Source: Methanobacterium sp. (lineage in GTDB: Archaea; Methanobacteriota; Methanobacteria; Methanobacteriales; Methanobacteriaceae). Taken from it: a DNA stretch of 42,398 nt. The notes beneath the pieces were generated by a model. It did not search any database. It had not been told where the DNA came from and worked only from the letters and a program-made list of their open reading frames with translations. Below, one piece after another: positions 33,777 to 42,398 of this stretch. The stretch's first letter is position 1. Every line of letters begins with the position of its first letter. Location of the stretch: positions 1 through 42,398 of the forward strand of contig PMWA01000042.1 of assembly GCA_003166335.1 (NCBI GenBank), given 5' to 3'. The position numbers were made by a program, and so were the translations under genes.

Positions 33777-34310
33777 TTAAAGCTTTTTAAAAATATTTTC
33801 TAATTTTAAAACACTTATACCAGTATTTTCTCCAACGACTTCAATTTGAATAATCCAATCAGGACTAATTTGATTCATCTCAACTCCTAATTTCTCAGTT
33901 ATTTCCCTGGAAATAGAAGTTAAAAACTTTTCCTTTGATTTAATACGCTCCCTTCCCCTTACATCACCTCTAACGATAAAAGTTTCACCGGTCTTTATCT
34001 TATCCTTGCTGATAGTTAAAACTTTTTCTGCAATAAGATCTGGACGAGTTCTTACTACTAATTCAATAGGCACAATTTTGGATATCACAGTTGTGGATGC
34101 ATCAGCTAACTCTTGTGCAATCACTAATGGATCAGTATTTGACTCTATCAATACTACATTCTGAAATTCAGTTTCTTTTATATCAAATAAATTTTTTTCA
34201 TCTTGCAATGCTAACTCTATCTCTTCTATACCTAGCAATTCTTCCCCTGCAATTGAAGTTTTATGACCTTTAAATGTTACTAGTAAATTGAATCTCTCTG
34301 TGGGATTCAT
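33777..34310 (-). CDS. Stand-alone THUMP-domain protein
   Basis: FNLLVT N-terminal ferredoxin-like part, KIVPIE, TFIVR...RGR and PDWIIQIEVVG..TGISV. Confidence 0.85.
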   Translation of the reverse strand: MNPTERFNLLVTFKGHKTSIAGEELLGIEEIELALQDEKNLFDIKETEFQNVVLIESNTDPLVIAQELADASTTVISKIVPIELVVRTRPDLIAEKVLTISKDKIKTGETFIVRGDVRGRERIKSKEKFLTSISREITEKLGVEMNQISPDWIIQIEVVGENTGISVLKLENIFKKL

Positions 34311-34423
34311 TTCATCACCTCGCGTAATATTATGTTATCTTATTTCAAAAAGTTCCTTGTTTTCTATTTTGTTACTGCTAATATTTATTATTCTTGTCAT
34401 CTAAATTTAGTATACGATGCTTT

Positions 34424-35269
34424 ATGATAACTGGTAAAACAAAATTATTTGGACTGATAGGTGATCCAGTAGAACATACTTTATCACCATATATGCACAA
34501 TGCTGCATTCAAGTCTCTTAACTTAGACAATGTTTATGTTCCCTTTCATGTAAAAAAAAGTGAACTTAAAGCTGCCATTATGGGAGCTAGATCTTTGGAT
34601 ATAAAAGGTTTAAACGTGACCATTCCACATAAAACAGAGGTTATGAAATATCTTGACGTTCTTGATGTCACTGCAGAACTTATAGGGGCTGTTAACACCA
34701 TAAAATTTGATGATGAGATTAAAGGGTATAATACTGACGGATTAGGTGCAGTTAGAGCTATTGAGGAAACAACAACTGTTAAAGATAAAAAAATTGTAAT
34801 ACTCGGTGCGGGAGGTGCTTCACGTGCCATATCTTTCCAAATTATAATAAATGGAGCAGGAAGAGTAATTATAGCTAACAGGACCTTAGAAAAAGCAGTT
34901 ATATTAAAAAAGAATCTAGATGAGAAATTTAATGCTGATGTAGAAGCAATTGATCTTGGAGAAAAACTTAAAGATGAGTTAAAAGATGCAGATATACTCA
35001 TAAATACCACTCCTATTGGTATGTATCCTAATATACATCAAAAACCATTAGTTACCTCAAAAATGATGCATGAAAACCTCATTGTAAATGATATCATTTA
35101 CAACCCCCTAGAGACGGGTATTTTAAGGGAAGCAGTTAAAGCAAGTGCAAAAACAGTTACTGGAGTTAAAATGCTTATATATCAAGGAATTGAATCATTT
35201 AAAATTTGGACTGGTATTGAACCCCCGGTTGATGTGTTCAAGGAAGCTTTAATTGAAGTATTAAAATAA
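34424..35269 (+). CDS. aroE: Shikimate dehydrogenase
   Basis: GDPVEHTLSP..HN, NVTIPHK, GAVNT, NTD, GAGGA and NTTPIGM. Confidence 0.96.
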   Translation: MITGKTKLFGLIGDPVEHTLSPYMHNAAFKSLNLDNVYVPFHVKKSELKAAIMGARSLDIKGLNVTIPHKTEVMKYLDVLDVTAELIGAVNTIKFDDEIKGYNTDGLGAVRAIEETTTVKDKKIVILGAGGASRAISFQIIINGAGRVIIANRTLEKAVILKKNLDEKFNADVEAIDLGEKLKDELKDADILINTTPIGMYPNIHQKPLVTSKMMHENLIVNDIIYNPLETGILREAVKASAKTVTGVKMLIYQGIESFKIWTGIEPPVDVFKEALIEVLK

Positions 35270-35295
35270 TTTTTGAGTTGATAGGAAGTTAAATA

Positions 35296-36147
35296 ATGGA
35301 AAATATACTTGTAACTGATAATCATATACATGTAGATCCCATAAACGGGGAAGGACCTATAGAGGTAGCTAAAAAGTTTCAAAGAGCTGGTGGAAATGTT
35401 ATGATCATCCCTAACAAACCTACTTGGACAATCGGAGTTTCATGTAGTTTCCAGGAAGCTATGGAACAGGTGATAAAATATGTTGATAAAATAAATATTA
35501 ATACTGATGTAAATGCATTTGCAATGGTAGGAGCGCATCCTGCAGAACTTAGTAGACTCATAAAGGAAGGAATATCTTTAAAAAACGCAGAAGATATGAT
35601 GAGAGATGCTCTCCATAATGCACAGAAGTTAGTTAGTGAAGGTAAAGCAATTGGAATAGGCGAAATTGGACGGCCACATTATGAAGTTTCTACTGAAGAG
35701 TTGGAAATACATAATAAACTTATTTTATATGCTATGGAACTTGCAGCGGAAGTAGAATGTGCGGTGCAACTTCATACGGAAACTTCTGGAGAAAAACAAT
35801 TTTCAGAGTTTGCTAAAATGGCTGATGAATCCGGTATGGATAGATACAAGGTTGTTAAACATTTTTCAGGCCCATCAATTCTTGAAGAAGAAAATCATGG
35901 ATTAAAACCTTCTCTAATTGCTACAAGAAAGGTAATAATTGAAGGATTGAAAAAAGGAAATGATTTTCTTATGGAAACTGATTATTTAGATATGAATAGT
36001 AGACCGGGGGCAGTTTTAGGTCCTAAAACCGTTCCCAGAAGAACAAGGGAATTATTACGAAATGAAACTTTAACTGAAGAAGATGCCTACAAAATTCATG
36101 TGGAAAACGTGGAGAAGGTCTACGGAATTGATTTATCTAATCTATAA
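35296..36147 (+). CDS. TatD family metal-dependent hydrolase
   Basis: DNHIH, GAHP, GEIGRPHY, QLHTE, KHF and METDY. Confidence 0.9.
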   Translation: MENILVTDNHIHVDPINGEGPIEVAKKFQRAGGNVMIIPNKPTWTIGVSCSFQEAMEQVIKYVDKININTDVNAFAMVGAHPAELSRLIKEGISLKNAEDMMRDALHNAQKLVSEGKAIGIGEIGRPHYEVSTEELEIHNKLILYAMELAAEVECAVQLHTETSGEKQFSEFAKMADESGMDRYKVVKHFSGPSILEEENHGLKPSLIATRKVIIEGLKKGNDFLMETDYLDMNSRPGAVLGPKTVPRRTRELLRNETLTEEDAYKIHVENVEKVYGIDLSNL

Positions 36148-36261
36148 TCAATTATTTTAATAACAACTCATTAGTATAAAAAAATATAATCTAATTTTTT
36201 TGAATTAAATGAAATAAATTGATAATTTAATAATATAAACAAAGTATTTGAACTAATATTC

Positions 36262-36837
36262 TTAACGTCCACCCAGAATGAAGCTCACCAATCCTATGAT
36301 AATTCCTACAATAACTATTTCTAAACTAGTTTTCAACAAGCTTCCTCGGGATACTATTCCCAAATAGATGCCTAATATCACCAAGGCAGTGAAACATAGG
36401 ATTATAGTCGTCACAGTAGCTGTAAATCTGCTGGTTAAAATTAAGAATGGCGTAACTGGCACCAGAGAACCTATAAAACTTGAAAATCCATGAGTAAACA
36501 TGCTCATGTAAACTCTTCTTTTAGCCTGCTTGTGGACAACAGTATCATCCAGTTTACCTTCATCTAACATCATCTTATGCTCTAATTCACGGATATTACG
36601 AAATTCCTCTGCCCTTTCACCAATGAAAGCACCGAAGGCATTTGAAAGAGATAAAGCCACACCACCACTCAGACCAGTAATACCTATTACAAAGTTAGGG
36701 ATATGTAATCCCCCGACACTAACCACGCCACTGGCAGCTAAAGTCACACCCATCACCGCTAAAATACCATCCAGACTACCTAAGGCAATGTAGCGACTCA
36801 TGTGAAAATAGTCATTAATGAATTCGTGTATATTCAT
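36262..36837 (-). CDS. VIT1/CCC1-like membrane protein (TIGR00267)
   Basis: RYIALGSLDG, GERAE...ELE..M and P..PF, with five hydrophobic segments. Confidence 0.85.
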   Translation of the reverse strand: MNIHEFINDYFHMSRYIALGSLDGILAVMGVTLAASGVVSVGGLHIPNFVIGITGLSGGVALSLSNAFGAFIGERAEEFRNIRELEHKMMLDEGKLDDTVVHKQAKRRVYMSMFTHGFSSFIGSLVPVTPFLILTSRFTATVTTIILCFTALVILGIYLGIVSRGSLLKTSLEIVIVGIIIGLVSFILGGR

Positions 36838-36866
36838 TTAGTTATAATCTCCGTAAAAATCAGATT

Positions 36867-38084
36867 TCAACCTCTTCCAAGCTCTTTGTGTGCTCGGGCT
36901 AAGTGTCCAGAAGCCAATGCTCCCATGAGCGATAATTCACCGGCTAATACTATCCCGACAACTATTTCCGCAAATTTCTTCACTTTACCAGTACCATAGG
37001 CATCCATTATTTCCAAGCATTCTTTAGCTGTTTCAAGTCTTGTTCCACCACCAATTGAGGCTAATGGTACATCAGGTAAAGTTACTGAGAAATAAAGGTC
37101 TCCATCCATTTCTTCAGCGGTGGTTATTCCCAAACTACCTTCTACAATGTGGGCTTCATCCTGTCCTGTAGCTAGATAGATCGCACCAATCATGTTAGCG
37201 TAATGGGCGTTAAATCCCATACTTCCTGATACTGCTGATCCAATCAGGTTTTTAGCGATGTTAACTTCAACTATGGCTTTTGAGGTTGTTTTAAGTTTTT
37301 TCTCCACAATTTTTTTGGGAATTATAAGTTCTGCTACAAGAGTTTTACCTCTGCCTTCAATGAGATTTAAACTAGACGGTTTTTTATCGACGCAAACATT
37401 ACCACTTAAAGCTACTTCATGAGCGCCTGTTTTATAAGTTAAAAGGTTCAAAGCATTTTCAGTGGCTATAGTAACCATATTCATCCCCATACTGTCTCCA
37501 GTAGTGAAAACAAATCGAGGATATAGATATCTACCCACCATTATTATAGGATCTATTTTTAGAAGCTTACCATGTCTAGTGGTAACTTCCGCTGCTTTTT
37601 TAAGTTCTTTGAAGTTATCTTTAATCCATGTTTTTATTTCCAATGCATGATCCAAAGATTTAGCCTTTATAACTGGTGCTCTGGTCATTTTATCATCTGC
37701 TATGCGAACTGTAGCTCCTCCAACAGCAGATATAACTGAACAGCCCCTGTTAACAGATGCCACCAGTGCACCTTCTGAGGTAGCCAACGGTACATAAAAA
37801 TCTCCCTTTGCATATTCACCATTGAGTTTAAGTGGCCCTGCTAATCCTACTGGTATTTGAATGGTTCCTATGGGATTTTCTATATTTTTTTTTATAATTT
37901 CTTCCATATTTAGTGAGTAATTGGAAATATGCTTCAGAGAAGTTTTGGAGACTTCCTCTATGAAACTACGTCTTATATTTACTGCTTCATCAACAGTTTT
38001 GGTAAATTTTTCGATTTCATGTAATTTAATCTCATTATTTAAAAGCTTTTCAATAATTTCATCTTTTTTTATCATATCTCTCAT
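36867..38084 (-). CDS. hmgA: HMG-CoA reductase (NADPH, class I)
   Basis: ENPIG, ATSEGALVAS, GDSMGMNM, DKKP, GQD.AH, GGGT and H..LGR. Confidence 0.96.
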   Translation of the reverse strand: MRDMIKKDEIIEKLLNNEIKLHEIEKFTKTVDEAVNIRRSFIEEVSKTSLKHISNYSLNMEEIIKKNIENPIGTIQIPVGLAGPLKLNGEYAKGDFYVPLATSEGALVASVNRGCSVISAVGGATVRIADDKMTRAPVIKAKSLDHALEIKTWIKDNFKELKKAAEVTTRHGKLLKIDPIIMVGRYLYPRFVFTTGDSMGMNMVTIATENALNLLTYKTGAHEVALSGNVCVDKKPSSLNLIEGRGKTLVAELIIPKKIVEKKLKTTSKAIVEVNIAKNLIGSAVSGSMGFNAHYANMIGAIYLATGQDEAHIVEGSLGITTAEEMDGDLYFSVTLPDVPLASIGGGTRLETAKECLEIMDAYGTGKVKKFAEIVVGIVLAGELSLMGALASGHLARAHKELGRG

Positions 38085-38186
38085 CTAAAACTAGGTTTTT
38101 TGCATAAAAAAATGTAATAAACAATATTATTTATGTGTAATAATTATTATATTAAAAATTTTAAATTTGATATTAACAATTTGGAC

Positions 38187-39047
38187 TTATAAATATTCTT
38201 TTATAAAACCTGCTATTTCTGAGGGTCTGCTTGCCACCTGCACACCTGCAGTTTCCAGAGCTTTTATCTTGCTTTTTGCAGTTCCACTTTCACCCTCGAT
38301 TATGGCTCCTGCATGGCCCATTCTTTTACCGGGTGGTGCGGTTACTCCTGCAATGTAGGCTATGACAGGTTTCTGAATTCTTTCTGCGATGTATTCAGCG
38401 GCTTTTTCTTCGGCGTTGCCTCCAATTTCTCCAATCATAACCATGGCTTCAGTATCATTATCATCTTCAAACATCTGTAATACATCTGCAAAGTCCATTC
38501 CCACTATAGGGTCACCTCCGATACCTAGACAGGTACTTTGGCCCATTCCAGCCCGAGTTATCTGTTGAGCGACTTCATAGGTGAGGGTGCCACTTCGAGA
38601 TACTATGCCAATGTTTCCCTCCTTGAATATGTGGGTGGGCATTATTCCCAATTTACCCACACCAGGAGTTATAATTCCGGGAGTGTTAGGTCCGATGACA
38701 ATGGTGTCATTCTGTCTGGCGTACTCTACTATCTGCATGGAATCGTGTACTGGGACATGTTCGGTGATTATAACTACTATATCAAGCTGTGAAATAGCTT
38801 CAAAGGCAGCATCCATGGCAAAAGGTGCTGGGACAAATATTATAGATGCATTGATGTCTAATTCTTTCTTTGTTTCCCTTATTGAGTTATAAACAGTTAT
38901 TTCTCCTAATTTTTGTCCACCTTTTCCAGGGGATGTTCCTGCTAATATTTTAGTGTTGTATTTAAGCATCTCCTGAGCGTGGAATGATCCTTGCTTTCCA
39001 GTAACACCCTGCACTACACATTTCGTATTTTCATCAAGAATTATCAT
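38187..39047 (-). CDS. sucD: Succinyl-CoA synthetase alpha subunit
   Basis: [30 protein letters not shown] and MGHAGA. Confidence 0.96.
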   Translation of the reverse strand: MIILDENTKCVVQGVTGKQGSFHAQEMLKYNTKILAGTSPGKGGQKLGEITVYNSIRETKKELDINASIIFVPAPFAMDAAFEAISQLDIVVIITEHVPVHDSMQIVEYARQNDTIVIGPNTPGIITPGVGKLGIMPTHIFKEGNIGIVSRSGTLTYEVAQQITRAGMGQSTCLGIGGDPIVGMDFADVLQMFEDDNDTEAMVMIGEIGGNAEEKAAEYIAERIQKPVIAYIAGVTAPPGKRMGHAGAIIEGESGTAKSKIKALETAGVQVASRPSEIAGFIKEYL

Positions 39048-39130
39048 TTAATATTCTCCTAAAAAATTTTTTCTAATTAATTTTATTGAATATGAAATTC
39101 CTTAAATTGTATTATTATATTTTATATGAT

Positions 39131-39856
39131 TTATCGTAAAATCCGCATACGATTTGATAGTGGCACGGCTAAATCCATTACATTACCATTCATGTAAGCT
39201 GAAACGGATATTATAACACTTCCCGGTATTACATAAGATGGACTACCTCTTTTTACAAGATATACATTCTTGTTACCTAGAACAGATCCCACCATGGCTC
39301 CAGCAATTACACCTATACTTTCTATATCTTCTACAGTTACAGCTATTACAGGGTCGTCTGTTTTATCAGATACATAACCCACTCCGGGTATTCTGCGTAC
39401 ACCGCCTGTTATTTGTCCCCCAACATCCGTCACACCATCCATACCTTTAGCAGATTGGATTGCAGAGTTTGCTACTTTTCCAACAAATGATTCTCCCCCA
39501 TATGTATCAAACGCTAATATTATGGCATCAGGATATCTATCCTGTCTAATAACTGCTTCAGCATAGGATATGCCTTCACCAGCTCCTTCAGGTTGGGGTG
39601 ATATCCCACTAAGATCTCCTAAATTTTCTGCATTTTTTCGCAAGATTTCTACAATACCCGCATTCACTGTTTCTAAATTTTTATTCGGCACAAATGCGCT
39701 TATAACTAAATCGTCTCCCGTGATATTGGTTAAATCAGCTTTAAAAGCTCCTATTTCAAGAAGTAGTGAAATATCCCGTTTTACATTTCTCACTAGTTTA
39801 TTACTGCAAGATACATCATTACTGGAGATATCGGCTCCAATGGAAGTTAACTTCAA
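39131..39856 (-). CDS. Hypothetical protein
   Basis: Long ORF; TTG start after SD GGTGA; Gly/acidic motifs (TGDD, GAGEG, FDTYGG, TDDP); no family recognised. Confidence 0.8.
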   Translation of the reverse strand: MKLTSIGADISSNDVSCSNKLVRNVKRDISLLLEIGAFKADLTNITGDDLVISAFVPNKNLETVNAGIVEILRKNAENLGDLSGISPQPEGAGEGISYAEAVIRQDRYPDAIILAFDTYGGESFVGKVANSAIQSAKGMDGVTDVGGQITGGVRRIPGVGYVSDKTDDPVIAVTVEDIESIGVIAGAMVGSVLGNKNVYLVKRGSPSYVIPGSVIISVSAYMNGNVMDLAVPLSNRMRILR

Positions 39857-40105
39857 AATAATCACCATAGTTAGATTAATTATAATAACATAATTATTTT
39901 AGATTATATAGGCAATATATAATTCTAGTTATTTTTATAGATTGCACATTAAATTTGAATTTTAGAGATTACAAGTTAAAACGATTTAATTTCAAATAAG
40001 TTAAGGTAGACTTGATATAAATTAAATTTGGATATAACTATATAAATAAAACTAATGAACTTAAATTATCATACTTAAATTAAAATTTAAGGGGAGTCAT
40101 TTTAC

Positions 40106-40765
40106 TTGTCAGCCGAACCGTTGATATGCGTTCCCATACTTAGGAAAAGTATTGATTCAGCTTTAAAATCAGCAAATAAAGCCATAAAACTCGGAGCAGA
40201 TATCCTAGAATTAAGGATTGATGCTCTAGATAATCCAGATTCTGATAAGATTCGAAATTTAATTGATAACATCAATCATAGATTTATAGTTACCAACCGA
40301 ATGCGTGAAGAAGGAGGATTCTTTAAGGGATCTGAATTAGAGAGAACTGAAATCCTCGTTGAAGTTGCAGAAATAGTGGATTTTATTGATATTGAATTAC
40401 AAACAGAGGTTAAATATAGATCAAAAGTAATAAAATCGTCCCAATCCAGTATAATTTCATATCATGACTTTGAGAAAACACCGAGTATGACGGAACTTTT
40501 AAATATAGTGGAAAAAGAGAAGGAGGTGGGTGATATTGCCAAATTTGCGGTGATGCCTCGAAATATCCAGGACACTTTAACTGTTCTGGAAGTGCTTTCC
40601 CGTGTTAGTAACACCATTGGAATTTCTATGGGTGAATTGGGCAAATATACCCGAGTGGTGGCACCACTTTTCGGTTCTCCATTAACATTTGCCTCGGTGG
40701 ATTTTGAATCAGTCCCAGGACAGCTTGATATTCAAACAACACGGAAATTTTTAAAACATTTTTAG
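40106..40765 (+). CDS. aroD: Type I 3-dehydroquinate dehydratase
   Basis: ICVP, ELRID, R..EGG, DIEL, SYHDFEKTP, K.AVMP, SMG and PGQ. Confidence 0.94.
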   Translation: MSAEPLICVPILRKSIDSALKSANKAIKLGADILELRIDALDNPDSDKIRNLIDNINHRFIVTNRMREEGGFFKGSELERTEILVEVAEIVDFIDIELQTEVKYRSKVIKSSQSSIISYHDFEKTPSMTELLNIVEKEKEVGDIAKFAVMPRNIQDTLTVLEVLSRVSNTIGISMGELGKYTRVVAPLFGSPLTFASVDFESVPGQLDIQTTRKFLKHF

Positions 40766-40816
40766 ATTACTTATACTGGTATTTCAGGATTTAAAAAAAA
40801 AAGTAGGTTAGATGAT

Positions 40817-41779
40817 TTAGCTTAGCTCAGCTAATCTTTTAACCCTTTTCATCATATTAGGATGAGTAGAAAGTAATTCTGTAATTTTATTGCGTGTACT
40901 AATGCGGGTAGGAGTGTATTTAAGTTCTTCAAGCTCAGATTCACTAATAGAGCCATCTCCATTTGTATCTATCTGTTTAAAATCATCGATCTCATTACCA
41001 GCATCTGAAATATCATTTACAAAAAATGCTTTGACACCCTCAATTTCTTTAACTGCATCCTTATTGGCTGTGGATGATCCATATACCAGTTTATATAACG
41101 CACTAGCCAGTTCATATGGCGGATTACCTAACTCTATACTTCCTTGATCTGCATAATACTCTCTAATCCGGGATACAAATAGAACTATCAACTGTGCCGC
41201 GAAAAATCCGGCTAAGGCAGCTATACCAATAAGTCCCGAATTATTATTTCCTCCACGGTTATTAAATAGGGTACTTATGAAGATGTAATAGAAGATTAAT
41301 GGAACGGCGCTTACTAAAGTGATGACTGCCATGTCACGATGTCTTATATGAGATAATTCATGTCCTAAAACAGCCTTTAATTCACCTCTGTCAAGTAAAC
41401 CTAAGATTCCCCTAGTTACACAAACTCTCCCATCTCTTTTGTATCTACCAAAAGCAAAAGCATTAGGGATATTAACTTCAGAAATACCTACTTTAGGTTT
41501 AGGTATACCAGCCTTGGCCGCTAAGTCTTCTACCATTTCATGTAAGTGGGGTGCTTCCTGTTCGGACACATATCTCACATGCATAGTCATCTCCACCAGC
41601 TTAGGTCCCAAGAAGTACTGGCCTAAAACGATAGCTATGGCCAATAAGGCATATAATGTGTATCCTCCAATCCCTACATAATAACCTACAGCGGTTATTA
41701 TTACATAGAGTAGCAGAAATAGAAATGCAATTGCTAAGTATAGTCTAATAGTCAATCTAAATGAACTTAATTTTTCCAT
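40817..41779 (-). CDS. htpX: Zinc metalloprotease HtpX (M48)
   Basis: PNAFAFG, HELSH, SRIREYYAD and STHP; four TM segments. Confidence 0.94.
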   Translation of the reverse strand: MEKLSSFRLTIRLYLAIAFLFLLLYVIITAVGYYVGIGGYTLYALLAIAIVLGQYFLGPKLVEMTMHVRYVSEQEAPHLHEMVEDLAAKAGIPKPKVGISEVNIPNAFAFGRYKRDGRVCVTRGILGLLDRGELKAVLGHELSHIRHRDMAVITLVSAVPLIFYYIFISTLFNNRGGNNNSGLIGIAALAGFFAAQLIVLFVSRIREYYADQGSIELGNPPYELASALYKLVYGSSTANKDAVKEIEGVKAFFVNDISDAGNEIDDFKQIDTNGDGSISESELEELKYTPTRISTRNKITELLSTHPNMMKRVKRLAELS

Positions 41780-41966
41780 ATTTTTTATCACCTTAATTTG
41801 ATCCTAATATCCACAATTTTTTTGTGAAATATATTTGATTATAAATAATTTTATAAAAATAGTTTTTAACGATCTACAAATAAAGTTTTGTTTTATTTAA
41901 TATTTAATTAATGTAAAAATGATTAATATTATCCAAAAGCTATAAAAAAAATATAAAATTTTGCTT

Positions 41967-42398
41967 TTATTTTCGTCTTTTAAACCAATATCTATAAACA
42001 AAGTAAATAACAATTAATATAATCGCTACAATCACAACTATATCCAAGTAATTAAAGTAACTTTCTAATGTAGGCCAGCTGGGACCTAATAAAACACCAA
42101 TATATCCAAGAGCAAAGACGTATGGTACTGACCCAATTACAGTATAAATAATGAATTTTTTAATATCCATCTCAGCTATTCCAGCAGGTAGTGATATAAA
42201 AGTTCTGATAATGGGTAGAAATCTGCTGATTAGGACTGCTTCGTGACCATATTTTTCAAACCATTCATCTGCTAAATCAAGCTTAGTGGGAGTAATTAGA
42301 ATATATTTACCATAATTTTCAAGTAAAGGCCTACCTCCCCAAAACCCAACATAATAAGAAATCAGGGAACCAAAAAGGTTTCCCAGAACTCCTACTAT
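41967..42398 (-). CDS. DedA family membrane protein (5' end outside the window)
   Basis: Frame open to the window edge: GSLISYYVG..GGR...WFEKYG...SRFLPIIRTFISLPAG..M...F. Confidence 0.92.
   Translation of the reverse strand: MVGVLGNLFGSLISYYVGFWGGRPLLENYGKYILITPTKLDLADEWFEKYGHEAVLISRFLPIIRTFISLPAGIAEMDIKKFIIYTVIGSVPYVFALGYIGVLLGPSWPTLESYFNYLDIVVIVAIILIVIYFVYRYWFKRRK

Noticed and set aside
38187..39047. sucD without an adjacent sucC
   Set aside because: Split sucC/sucD loci are usual in these methanogens, so this is not evidence of loss.

Overview
AT-rich archaeal chromosomal window whose gene content and order point to a Methanobacteriales methanogen (Methanobacterium-like): two HMf-type histones, F420:NADP reductase, AGGTGA/GGAG Shine-Dalgarno sites and many TTG/GTG starts. 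About 90% is core: radB, ABCE1, argH, the rpl7Ae-rps28e-rpl24e-ndk-aIF5B-rps6e-aIF2gamma-PIN-ppa-rpoE'-spt4-rps24e-rps27ae cluster, thrC, trpS, endA, hisS-hisI-PINA, HARP, aroE, aroD, hmgA, sucD, htpX and dedA. The accessory-looking part is the left end (1-3570). It holds a bacterial-type SdhA/SdhB pair with no membrane anchor and no CCG domain, followed by a decayed ORF and a divergent FMN alpha-hydroxy-acid dehydrogenase. Missed by the ORF track: rps27ae, rpl24e, a probably leaderless DUF3096-like microprotein, a Zn-ribbon pseudogene, a 1-nt frameshift in the PIN gene and a k-turn in the rpl7Ae leader. A KH + PP-loop + 3-Cys protein is a candidate uncharacterised [4Fe-4S] sulfur insertase. 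I saw no tRNA, rRNA, CRISPR array or mobile element. All calls come from reading motifs by eye; no searches were run.
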